DNA from: Actinomycetota bacterium
GTDB lineage: Bacteria > Actinomycetota > CADDZG01 > JAHWKV01
NCBI GenBank assembly: GCA_051005875.1
Contig: JBPCIX010000021.1
Span: 5,783-69,782, forward strand
DNA: 64,000 bases
Reading direction: 5' to 3'
The notes beneath the pieces were generated by a model, which ran no database searches, was not told where the DNA came from, and saw only the letters and a program-made list of their open reading frames with translations. The first letter of the stretch is position 1, and every line of letters begins with the position of its first letter. The position numbers and the translations under genes were made by a program. This document shows positions 7,766 to 16,679 of the stretch, piece by piece.

Positions 7766-8365
7766 TCAGCTTTCCTCGCCGAGGCTCCCTCGAAACGGCC
7801 GATCGTGCGGCTCGACACCGAAAAGGGGCGGTTCAAGGCCGCTCTTTTCGAAAAGATCCTCGATGGCCTGCTTTTCCCACCCCAACTGCCTGAGTTGGTG
7901 GATGAGGTTGATGGGGGCCAGATCCTTCCCGCAGGCCGAGCAATACGAGGTCTGCTCGTCACGCTCGGGCAGCGGGCGGCCGCAATAGCCGCACCGGTCG
8001 CCCTGGGTCCTGCCTTCGGGATAGGTTTCGTACCCGTCAAGAAAGCCGCGGGCATAATCCCAGCTCACGTACTCGTCGGGGTCGGGCTCCCATGCGGGCT
8101 CATGGACGGGGGTTTTTCCGGATTCAAGAATTTGTTCGAGATTGCCCGCGAGCAGGTCCCACCCGAGGAAATGGTCATCTTCGCAATCTGGACAAAAAAC
8201 AACTACTCCTTTAATGCCCCGTGACCCAATCACGGACTTCAGGGTCTTAACATCCAAGAGATCCTGGTGGAGAGCCTCGCGCTCGGAGTCATCGATCGGG
8301 CCTACATCGTCGTCGTCGTCGGAGTCATCGAAGTCTGGTTCGTCTATATTCTGATCTCCGGCCAT
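7766..8365 (-). CDS. DUF5319 family protein with extra C-terminal zinc-ribbon-like region
   Basis: VFCPDCEDDHFLGWDLL...VHEPAWEPDPDEYVSWDYARGFLDG, then CGYCG...CSACG. Confidence 0.8.
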   Translation of the reverse strand: MAGDQNIDEPDFDDSDDDDDVGPIDDSEREALHQDLLDVKTLKSVIGSRGIKGVVVFCPDCEDDHFLGWDLLAGNLEQILESGKTPVHEPAWEPDPDEYVSWDYARGFLDGYETYPEGRTQGDRCGYCGRPLPERDEQTSYCSACGKDLAPINLIHQLRQLGWEKQAIEDLFEKSGLEPPLFGVEPHDRPFRGSLGEES

Positions 8366-8407
8366 TGCTCAAATCCTACCGCCGGCCGCGAAGATAAGGA
8401 GTGACAT

Positions 8408-8638
8408 TTGCTGGAATTGCGCATTGGCATCGTGGATTCACCGAAGGAGCTGTCGCTCGAAGTTGACCAAAAGCAAGACGAAGTCAAGGCTTCAGTCGAA
8501 GCTGCTGTAAACGAGGGCTCCAGCATTCTTTGGGTGACAGACCGCAAAGGCAAACAAGTTGGCGTACCGGCAGGCAAAGTGGCTTATGTTGAAATTGACA
8601 CCGAATCGGCCGCTCGCTCCGTAGGATTTACACCATGA
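8408..8638 (+). CDS. DUF3107 family protein
   Basis: RBS AGGAG plus TTG; ELRIGIVDSPKELSLE...LWVTDRKGKQVGVPAGKVAYVEI. Confidence 0.88.
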   Translation: MLELRIGIVDSPKELSLEVDQKQDEVKASVEAAVNEGSSILWVTDRKGKQVGVPAGKVAYVEIDTESAARSVGFTP

Positions 8639-9048
8639 CAGGGGGGCCTCCCGAGAATTTCGCCTCGTTGCTGCGTGCCCGCAGAGGTTACCTGGCCACC
8701 CTCGGCGCCGAGGGCTTCCCACATGTTTTGCCGGTTTGCTTCACATGGGCCGGCGACACAGTCTGGACTGCAATTGACGGCAAACGGAAAGCAGGTTCGC
8801 CCCTGCAAAGGCTGGCCGATGTCCAACCGAACTCTAAGGTGTCATTTATGGTCGACCGCTGGGACGAAGACTGGACCCGCCTGGCATGGTTGCAGGCACG
8901 GGGCAAGGCTCGCCAAATATCGAAGGGTCCGGAAGCCGAAAAAGCGATCGAGGCCCTGAAGAGTAAGTACTCGCAGTATTCGGACACGACCCTGGAAGGG
9001 CCGGTGCTTTCCATAGAAGTAGAGCGCTGGTTGTCCTGGGAGGCCTAA
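8635..9048 (+). CDS. PPOX class probable F420-dependent oxidoreductase
   Basis: LATLGAEGFPHVLPVCF...AIDGKRK...DRWDEDWTRLAWLQARG; ATGA overlap with DUF3107. Confidence 0.85.
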   Translation: MTGGPPENFASLLRARRGYLATLGAEGFPHVLPVCFTWAGDTVWTAIDGKRKAGSPLQRLADVQPNSKVSFMVDRWDEDWTRLAWLQARGKARQISKGPEAEKAIEALKSKYSQYSDTTLEGPVLSIEVERWLSWEA

Positions 9049-9075
9049 CAATATTTATTTAAAAGGGCTTTGCGG

Positions 9076-9104
9076 TTGTTCGCGGATTGGAAAAAGTCTA
9101 GAAT
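9076..9104 (+). promoter_or_regulatory. putative housekeeping sigma promoter of the copper-protein pair
   Basis: TTGTTC-N17-TAGAAT. Confidence 0.4.
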
Positions 9105-9181
9105 CCGCTTCACCTGAGCATCTCACTTAAGGTGTATCGGGGGGCCGATCATCATTAACCCAAGCACAAGGAGGGGGCACT

Positions 9182-10417
9182 ATGCGAAAAGTATTAGCGG
9201 CTTCATTTGCCGTTCTAGCGTTGCTGGCTTCAGGATGTACCCCGAAGGAATCCACCACCCCCGCGCCCAGCGCGACGACCGACGAAGGATCCGAAACGTT
9301 CACAGTCGATGTGGACGGTACGTCCGACAAGTTCGCCCTGGCTACGCTTTCGTTTTTTCCCAACGAACTGAGCGTGCATCCCGGCGACACTGTGGACTTT
9401 AAGGAAATCTTTACCGGCGAGCCCCACACGGCAGCGTTGGGAACCACAATTGATGCGGCAATGGCCGCCTTTGACAAGCTGACGCCAGAACAGAAGGAGG
9501 CCGAAGACACCCCACCGCCTCCGGAGTTCTTAAAGGTGCCTTTCGTCTTCCCCGATGACGAGGCTTCCGGTCCTCCTGCTGAAGGCCCTCCCGGTCCTCC
9601 CGCTTTGGAACAGTCCGCCGCTCAGCCCTGTTTCCTGGATACCGGGGACCCACCCGTCTCGAAGAATGGGAGCGCGCCTGCCTGCCCGAAGCGCGAACAA
9701 CCTGAATTCAACGGAACCCAAACCTTGTTCAGCAGCGGCTACCTGGCGGAGGACGACAACTTCCCTGTGAAATTTGCCAGCGACACCAAGCCGGGGACCT
9801 ACAACGTAATGTGCCTCGTCCACGGACCTGATATGACGGCAAAAATCACGGTCGCCGACAAGGGCACCAAAATAGCCACCCCCGACGAAGTCGCCGACAA
9901 GGGCAAAGAACAGGTCGAAAAGCTCGTCGCGGATCTTTCGCCCGATGTAGAAAAGGCCAAGAGCGCAACTGCCGACAAGGCCGTAGCCGGTACTGGATCA
10001 GAAAAGGTGAGAGGCGCTTTCGTCGCTGAGTTCCTGCCGAAGGAAGTCTCCGTTAAGGTCGGCGAAGCAGTATCGTGGACTACTTTCCATTTCCACACCA
10101 TTTCGTTTAACGCCCCCCAAGATGCGATCGGTGGGGCGCTTATTAAGGATTCGGATGGAACTGTGAAGATTGCAGTCAAGGCCGGCGAGACGACTAAGGG
10201 GGCCCCTGAAATTCCTCCGGACGTCGGCGGTGGCGAGGCGAAGAAGCCGACAACTCTCCAGGCCACCTACGATGGGTCCGGCTTCTTCAACTCCGGGATA
10301 TTCGGTTCGTTCCCCCCTAATCAGGTGACCTACAAGGTCAAATTCACCAAGGCCGGGACGTACGACCTTCAGTGCCTGGTTCACCCAGACATGAAGGGCA
10401 AGGTAACCGTAGGCTAA
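9182..10417 (+). CDS. lipoprotein with two cupredoxin (type-1 copper) domains
   Basis: Lipobox LLASGC. Site 1 EPHT...CLVHGPDM; site 2 FHTISF...CLVHPDM. Confidence 0.85.
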   Translation: MRKVLAASFAVLALLASGCTPKESTTPAPSATTDEGSETFTVDVDGTSDKFALATLSFFPNELSVHPGDTVDFKEIFTGEPHTAALGTTIDAAMAAFDKLTPEQKEAEDTPPPPEFLKVPFVFPDDEASGPPAEGPPGPPALEQSAAQPCFLDTGDPPVSKNGSAPACPKREQPEFNGTQTLFSSGYLAEDDNFPVKFASDTKPGTYNVMCLVHGPDMTAKITVADKGTKIATPDEVADKGKEQVEKLVADLSPDVEKAKSATADKAVAGTGSEKVRGAFVAEFLPKEVSVKVGEAVSWTTFHFHTISFNAPQDAIGGALIKDSDGTVKIAVKAGETTKGAPEIPPDVGGGEAKKPTTLQATYDGSGFFNSGIFGSFPPNQVTYKVKFTKAGTYDLQCLVHPDMKGKVTVG

Positions 10418-10424
10418 GGCGGTT

Positions 10425-10465
10425 CCTCCCCGGCCCACAGCGGTGATGGTTGCGGGCTGGGGAGG
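10425..10465. terminator. strong intergenic hairpin (terminator or mRNA stabiliser)
   Basis: CCTCCCCGGCCC/GGGCTGGGGAGG 12-bp stem; no U tract. Confidence 0.5.
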
Positions 10466-10492
10466 GTCAACCTCTTAGTCAGGGGTCAGAAA

Positions 10493-13400
10493 TTGAGGTA
10501 TCGCGGGGCACGGTCTGTGCGCCTGGCGTGGGTGTTGTTGGCCGTGGGGGCATTGTTGCTACCGCTCTCGCAGCCGGGAGCGGGCGCCGGGCCATCCAAG
10601 CCGGACGGACACAGGGATCACGTTCATAAGGCTTCGTCGACGGCCGGAAGCCCAAAACCTTCCGGACATGAATCAGCCGAAGGGCTGCGCCTCGCCCAAA
10701 CTAAGGGTGAATCTGTGGATCCAGGGCCGGGCTGTAAATCCGGAGCTGTCGTGCGCAATTACAAGGTTGCCGCCATCGATGTTGACATCTCGATTAACCG
10801 GTTCCTGGACCACGATCCCCAGGGGCGCATGTACGTTCTGGAAAAAGAACTGCCCAGAGTTCGCCGGGAAGAGGCGCAAAATGCCGCTGCCCGCGAGGCC
10901 TCGGCCAGCGGCTTAGAGCCCGCCGTCACGGTCGGCCTGCAAGGCGACGCCATCCAGCCGCTAACGCTACGAGTCAATCAAGGCGAATGCCTGAGGATTC
11001 GCCTCAGAAACGCAATGAAGACCCAGCCGGCCAGTCTGCACCTCCACGGCGCCTCCTTGCGCGTCCGGGGCGCTGGACCGGCCATTGCCAACAACCCCGC
11101 AGCCACCGCGCGCCGCGGCCAGTCGGTGACCTATGAGTGGATGGTGGACCGAGCCGAGCCCGAGGGCACCCACTACTTCCACAGTCATGGAGATCTGCGT
11201 GAGCAAACCTCTCACGGGCTGTTCGGCGCCGTGATAGTTGAGCCCGCAGGGTCGAAGTGGCTCGATCCACTCGATCCTAAGGGCGAGCGCCCGCTTGAAA
11301 GCGGCTGGGCGGCCATCATTCAAACCGGCAAGAAGGGCGGGAGCTTTCGCGAATTCGCACTCTACTACCACGAAATAGGCCACGAAAACTACCGCCTACT
11401 GGGCAAGGAAGGTGAGTTCGTCCCCCTTGTCGACACCCTTACCAACTCGTACAGGCCCGGCGCCAGGGCAATCAACTACCGCAGCGAGCCTTTCTCAAAC
11501 CGGCTGGAATTGCAGAACGCCATGATGGGCAAGTTTGACGAGGCAGTCGCCTACAGCTCGTACTCCTTCGGCGACCCTGCAACTCCTATCGGGAGAAGTT
11601 ATCTCGGCGACGCGACCCGCCAGCGAGTAATTCACGGCGGCAGTGAGGTAGCTCACGTGCACCACGTTCATGGCGGTTCCATTCGCTGGCGGCGCCAGCC
11701 GGGGGCCGAACCGCCGGGGGCCTCAGGCCTGCAAAAACATCCTCCGCTGCTGCCGAAGGTATCCGAGCGAACTGATTCTCAAACGATTGAGCCTTCCGAG
11801 AGCTTCGACGTCCAAAATGAGTGCGGAGCAGGAGGATGCCAGCAGAGCCCGGGCGACTTTTTGATTCATTGCCATGTCGCCCACCATTACTTTGCAGGCA
11901 TGTGGGGGCTGTGGCGCGTTTACAACACTCTGCAAGATGGGCCGGCCTCGACCGACGGACTCCCACCCCTGGCTGAACTGCCAGACGCGCGCGCCAAACA
12001 ACTGGCCGCCGTCGATTCGACGGGGCTGGTGGGAAAGACCATTGAATGGTCGGGAAACAAGCTTGTTGTCGATAAACCCGGCCTCGCCACCGTGGTTGAG
12101 GCGCAGCTGCCCCCGGCGGGCCGGGCGAAGGGCTACGACGCCTCGGTGCTCGATTGGACAAAGGAGGGCGAGCTTTATCTCAATGAACCCGACGCAACCC
12201 AGGCGTGGCCGGGTTACCGGCCCACAACTCCCGGCAGGCGCAGGCCCTTTCAGTTCGACCCCGCCACAGGCAAGCTTGCTTATCCTTTTTTGCGCCCCCA
12301 ACTAGGCAAGCGGCCGCCGTTTCCTCCCGATCACAGCCCCGCGCCGTTTCTGGATCCGGTCATGAGCGGCCCCGGTCGCACTGAGCCACCGCCGCCTGGG
12401 TCGAACGGGCCTGCGAGTGTCTGCCCAACCGGCGCCCAGGTCAAGCCGTTCCAGCTTCAGGCGATCACGCTGCCCATTGCTCTCAATCAGAAGACCAAAC
12501 TTGTTGATCCCAACGGCGAGATCTTCGTCCTTAAGGATCAGGAAGACGCAATCCGGGCGAACCCGGCCTTGCGTGCCCCGCTGACCATCAGGGCGAATGC
12601 AGCACAGGATTGTGTGGACATATTGCTGAGAAGCGAGCTTGAGGATTCTCCGGAAAATAACGGCTTCGCCAAAGTTAATGTCCATATTCACTTTGTTCAG
12701 TTTGATGTTCAGGCATCGGACGGCGTAATAGCCGGGTACAACTACGAACAGTCGGTGCGGCCATTTGCTATAGAAGGTGAGAAACTCGCCACAACGACGC
12801 CCGCTGGATCCACATCAATTGCTTTGACCTCGGCGGAGCGATTTCAGCCCGGCGTGCTTGTGGGGATAGGAATGGACCAGGGCGAAACCTTTGAAGCCGG
12901 GAAGGTCAAAGCGGTTGCGGACCGCTCGCTGATACTTGAATCGCCTCTTCAGCATCAGCACGCATCCGGCGAGTATGTGAGCACTGAGTTCATTAGGTCG
13001 CGCTGGTACCCCGACGTCCAGTTCGGCACCGCCTATTTCCACGACCACGTCAATGCGGTTTCGTCTTGGAAGCACGGGCTCTTCGGCGCGTTAATTTCCG
13101 AGCCCCCCGGTTCCTCTTATCACGATCCCCACAGCGGATCCGAGGTCCGAAGCGGCGCCATAGCCGACATCAGAACCGTGGGCAAGGTTTCCGCCGATGT
13201 GAAAGGAAGCTTCCGCGAGATGGTTTTGTTTATCCAGGACGACAACCCGATAACCCAAACCGGGGCCGATACGGGCGGTTCCTTCAACCTGCGGGTCAGC
13301 CCAATCGCCGATGGCTCCGCCGACCCGGGCAACCTTTTTAGCAGCAAGTTGCAGGGAGACCCAGAAACCCCCTTGGTCGAGGCGTTCCTCGGAGATCCGA

Positions 13401-14866
13401 TCGTCTTTCGAACCCTGGCGGCCGGATCGAACGAGGTGACCACCTTTCACATTGACGGCCATTGGTTCAGGGTTGAGCCGTTCAGCAAGACATCCCCCCC
13501 GACCGGGACGGTCCACCTGGGTATTTCCGAGCGTTACGACCTGATGGTTCCGCGGGCGGGGGGGCCGCAGGAGCGGTCGGGAGATTACCTTTACTACAGT
13601 GGAAGGGCGTCGAAGTTCAAAGCGGGCAATTGGGGGATTGTGCGAGTTCGCGACGCGAAGGATCCCTCCACCCTAAAGAAGTTGCCGGGCCGGTCACCCG
13701 CTCAGACGCCTGCGAGCTCTGTTTGTCCGACCTCGGCCCCCACCAAGCGCTTCGACGTGGCGGCGACGCACAGTGGCAAGGGCCTTCGATACGTTCTTAG
13801 CTCCGCCGCCGGGGCCAAGTCACCGGGGGCGCCCTTGGTCCTGCATGTGAATGTCGGCGACTGCATCAAGGTTGATCTGAACAACAAAACCGACGGCAAG
13901 GTTTCGTTTCACGCCGATATGCTGGCTTTCGACCCTGCCGATTCGGCCGGCGTGAACGCGGGCGTCAATCCGGACCAACTCGTCGAGGTCGGCGGCAAGA
14001 GGACATATACCTACTACGCCGATCCGCAGGTGGGCGAGACCACGGCGCTCATCCGCGACTGGGGAAACGTCTTAAAAAATCCTAAGCTCGGTCTTTACGG
14101 GGCCATCGTGGTTAGCCCCGCAGGAGCTACCTTTAGGACGCCGGCCACCGGCAAGAGTATCCCCGGCGGCGCGGGATGGGCGGTGGACGTTATCCCCCGC
14201 AAGGGTCGCCCTTACCGAGACCTCTCGCTGTTCATGCAAGACGAGGACGTCGCTATTGGATCCCACCGAATGCCTTATACGAGGGATGTAAAAGGTAATG
14301 CAACCATCAACTATTCTTCAGAGCCGATCGCGAAAAGGCTCGCCGACAACCCTGATCCGGCCTTGGCCTTCAGCACCAAGGCCCACGGCGTTCCCGCAAC
14401 GCCGTTGCTCGAAGCGGTTGCGGGAGACCGAGTCAAGGTTCACGTTTTGGCGCCTTACAGCGAGCAGGCCCAAGTCTTTTCAATTGAAGGGCACCGTTGG
14501 GCGTTCGAGCCCGGCCGGGCCGGTTCAAATGAATTAAGTTCCGTAGCAATTGGCGGGCTCGAGGCAATTACCCTTGATATTCAAAGCGCCGGCGGTAAAG
14601 AAAAATCGGCCGGCGACTACGTTTATGGAAACCATAGAGCGCCCTTCACTGAGGCCGGAATGTGGGGCATATTCCGCGTCCACGCCGCCGGAAGGCAGGG
14701 AAAATTAGAGGCCCTTCCAGGCTGCGATGAATCAGAGGTGAACGGGTGTGAGAGTAAAGTTTCGCCAATTACTTTGGTAACGATTGCTGCGGGCGCTGGG
14801 GTCTTGTTTCTCATCTTCGCCCGAATCCGGCGCATCGGCAGAAACCTAGCGCCCAACGGAACCTGA
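10493..14866 (+). CDS. very large secreted, membrane-anchored multicopper oxidase (MnxG-like six-domain type)
   Basis: Signal peptide; LHLHG, YFHSH, HVHHVHG, HCHVAHHYFAGM, VHIHF, YFHDH; degenerate later sites; C-terminal TM helix plus basic tail. Confidence 0.88.
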   Translation: MRYRGARSVRLAWVLLAVGALLLPLSQPGAGAGPSKPDGHRDHVHKASSTAGSPKPSGHESAEGLRLAQTKGESVDPGPGCKSGAVVRNYKVAAIDVDISINRFLDHDPQGRMYVLEKELPRVRREEAQNAAAREASASGLEPAVTVGLQGDAIQPLTLRVNQGECLRIRLRNAMKTQPASLHLHGASLRVRGAGPAIANNPAATARRGQSVTYEWMVDRAEPEGTHYFHSHGDLREQTSHGLFGAVIVEPAGSKWLDPLDPKGERPLESGWAAIIQTGKKGGSFREFALYYHEIGHENYRLLGKEGEFVPLVDTLTNSYRPGARAINYRSEPFSNRLELQNAMMGKFDEAVAYSSYSFGDPATPIGRSYLGDATRQRVIHGGSEVAHVHHVHGGSIRWRRQPGAEPPGASGLQKHPPLLPKVSERTDSQTIEPSESFDVQNECGAGGCQQSPGDFLIHCHVAHHYFAGMWGLWRVYNTLQDGPASTDGLPPLAELPDARAKQLAAVDSTGLVGKTIEWSGNKLVVDKPGLATVVEAQLPPAGRAKGYDASVLDWTKEGELYLNEPDATQAWPGYRPTTPGRRRPFQFDPATGKLAYPFLRPQLGKRPPFPPDHSPAPFLDPVMSGPGRTEPPPPGSNGPASVCPTGAQVKPFQLQAITLPIALNQKTKLVDPNGEIFVLKDQEDAIRANPALRAPLTIRANAAQDCVDILLRSELEDSPENNGFAKVNVHIHFVQFDVQASDGVIAGYNYEQSVRPFAIEGEKLATTTPAGSTSIALTSAERFQPGVLVGIGMDQGETFEAGKVKAVADRSLILESPLQHQHASGEYVSTEFIRSRWYPDVQFGTAYFHDHVNAVSSWKHGLFGALISEPPGSSYHDPHSGSEVRSGAIADIRTVGKVSADVKGSFREMVLFIQDDNPITQTGADTGGSFNLRVSPIADGSADPGNLFSSKLQGDPETPLVEAFLGDPIVFRTLAAGSNEVTTFHIDGHWFRVEPFSKTSPPTGTVHLGISERYDLMVPRAGGPQERSGDYLYYSGRASKFKAGNWGIVRVRDAKDPSTLKKLPGRSPAQTPASSVCPTSAPTKRFDVAATHSGKGLRYVLSSAAGAKSPGAPLVLHVNVGDCIKVDLNNKTDGKVSFHADMLAFDPADSAGVNAGVNPDQLVEVGGKRTYTYYADPQVGETTALIRDWGNVLKNPKLGLYGAIVVSPAGATFRTPATGKSIPGGAGWAVDVIPRKGRPYRDLSLFMQDEDVAIGSHRMPYTRDVKGNATINYSSEPIAKRLADNPDPALAFSTKAHGVPATPLLEAVAGDRVKVHVLAPYSEQAQVFSIEGHRWAFEPGRAGSNELSSVAIGGLEAITLDIQSAGGKEKSAGDYVYGNHRAPFTEAGMWGIFRVHAAGRQGKLEALPGCDESEVNGCESKVSPITLVTIAAGAGVLFLIFARIRRIGRNLAPNGT

Positions 14867-14876
14867 CCGTCTAAAC

Positions 14877-15257
14877 CTAACCGTCTAAGGGATGGCCGAT
14901 CAGCGCGCCGACGCGATCCATCAACTTGGTCGGCTCGAAGGGTTTCGGGAAAACGTTTTCGTCGCCCAACTGATCCTTCAACCGGTCTAGGGCTTCATAA
15001 CGCCCACTGACGATCAACACGGGTATTTGGCTCAGCTCAGGGTCGGTCTGCAACTGACGCAAGACTTTCTCGCCATCGAGGTCCGGCATCATGAGATCGA
15101 GGATCATCAAGTCGGGCTGATCGCTTTCGGCCTTGACCAAACCATCAAAGCCATCCACAGCCTCGATGATTTCGTACCCTTCGCCCTCGAGAAGAACGTG
15201 AATCAACTCCCGAACCGAAGAATTGTCCTCAACTAAAAGCACCTTCTTGGACAGCAT
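14877..15257 (-). CDS. single-domain response regulator (CheY-like)
   Basis: VLLVEDN, ILDLMMP, VSG, KPF. Confidence 0.93.
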   Translation of the reverse strand: MLSKKVLLVEDNSSVRELIHVLLEGEGYEIIEAVDGFDGLVKAESDQPDLMILDLMMPDLDGEKVLRQLQTDPELSQIPVLIVSGRYEALDRLKDQLGDENVFPKPFEPTKLMDRVGALIGHPLDG

Positions 15258-15393
15258 CCGACTAGAAGCGTATCCGATTCACGCTAGCGGGGAGGCCGTG
15301 GAGCGAGAATGAAAAAAGGCAAGTTTTTTATTATGCCCAGAGCGGCCTTTATCCAAACATCTCAAAACATCGCGTAGTAATGTTCTACCCCCT

Positions 15394-16635
15394 ATGAATC
15401 ATGCGTCGAAGTTGGTCTTTGCCCGCGGCCGAGTCTGGATGGCGCTCGCTCGCGCCGCCCTCGTGGCACTAGCGGTTTTAGCCGGCACCGGCTCGGCCTG
15501 GGCCCAGGAGACTGCAGTCCTTCCGGGACAAGGTTTTTCCCAGGGCGCGCCCGCTCGCAATACCCAGCCCCTCGTTGTGGCCGCGGGCTCGCCTAGATTC
15601 GATTCAGCGGCGGGAATCCTTTTCGATCAAGGCTCCGGCAAGATTTTATGGCAGCGGAGCGGCGAACAATTGCGGGCGCCTGCCAGCGTTACCAAAATCC
15701 TGACGGCTCTCGTTGTCCTTGAAAACGCCGATCTCAATGCGCCGGTCACAATTTCCCCGCAGGCCCGAGCCGCCCCCGGCGGCCGCATTTATGTCGAGGC
15801 GGGCTGGACCTTAACCGTAAAAGATCTTCTATATGGGCTACTACTCAGCTCCGGCAACGACGCCGCGGTTGCGTTGGCCGAGAAAGTAAGCCCCGACGGT
15901 ACGCTCGCCGGATTCATGGCCATGGCCAACAAGCGAGCCGCGGAATTAGGGGCAACCCGGACCCACTTCGTAAATCCACACGGGTACGATCAACCCGGAC
16001 ACGTGACGACGGCACGTGACCTTGCCCTCATCACCGCGACGGCACTGAAGAATCCGACCTTCGCTGAAATTGTGGGGACGAGGCAGTACCGGCTGACCTG
16101 GAGCAATGGGGTTCCACACACCTTCACCAACCACAACAAAATGCTAACGCGTTACCCCGGTACCGTCGGAGTCAAAACCGGTTATACGAATCAGGCTCGG
16201 CATACCCTCGTTTCGGCTGTGAACCGCAATGGCTCGACCCTGGTAGCGGTTACGCTGGGGTCGCCCGTCCAGTACACGGATTCCACTTCTTTGTTCGACT
16301 GGGGCTTTACACACCTAAACTCTTTGCGGGCGAGTTCAACCGACACCCTGGGTCAAAAAGCAGCGCCGGCGGTGCCCGAGCTAACCACTCCCCTCGGCTT
16401 CATCGACAGGGCCCTGCAAACACTACTGGGACCCAAGCCTTCTTCCTCAGGCCCGCCTAAACTTTCAATTCTTTTTCTTGCCATCGGCGTTCCAATGGCA
16501 GGAGGTGGCGCCTTCATTGCCGCAGGAAGGACCCGCACCCAGCGCAACTGGCTGAGTCGGAAACCACAGCCGAGCAGCGCAACTGTCGACTTTGAGCCTC
16601 CCCAAAGCGAAGCTATTCCCTACGTATCGAGGTAG
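15394..16635 (+). CDS. D-alanyl-D-alanine carboxypeptidase (peptidase S11)
   Basis: SVTK, SGN and KTG penicillin-binding motifs; signal peptide; C-terminal TM. Confidence 0.93.
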   Translation: MNHASKLVFARGRVWMALARAALVALAVLAGTGSAWAQETAVLPGQGFSQGAPARNTQPLVVAAGSPRFDSAAGILFDQGSGKILWQRSGEQLRAPASVTKILTALVVLENADLNAPVTISPQARAAPGGRIYVEAGWTLTVKDLLYGLLLSSGNDAAVALAEKVSPDGTLAGFMAMANKRAAELGATRTHFVNPHGYDQPGHVTTARDLALITATALKNPTFAEIVGTRQYRLTWSNGVPHTFTNHNKMLTRYPGTVGVKTGYTNQARHTLVSAVNRNGSTLVAVTLGSPVQYTDSTSLFDWGFTHLNSLRASSTDTLGQKAAPAVPELTTPLGFIDRALQTLLGPKPSSSGPPKLSILFLAIGVPMAGGGAFIAAGRTRTQRNWLSRKPQPSSATVDFEPPQSEAIPYVSR

Positions 16636-16679
16636 TTAGGGCACTTAGTCGTTTGGACCCGGGGGGGCTTGTGGGCCCA

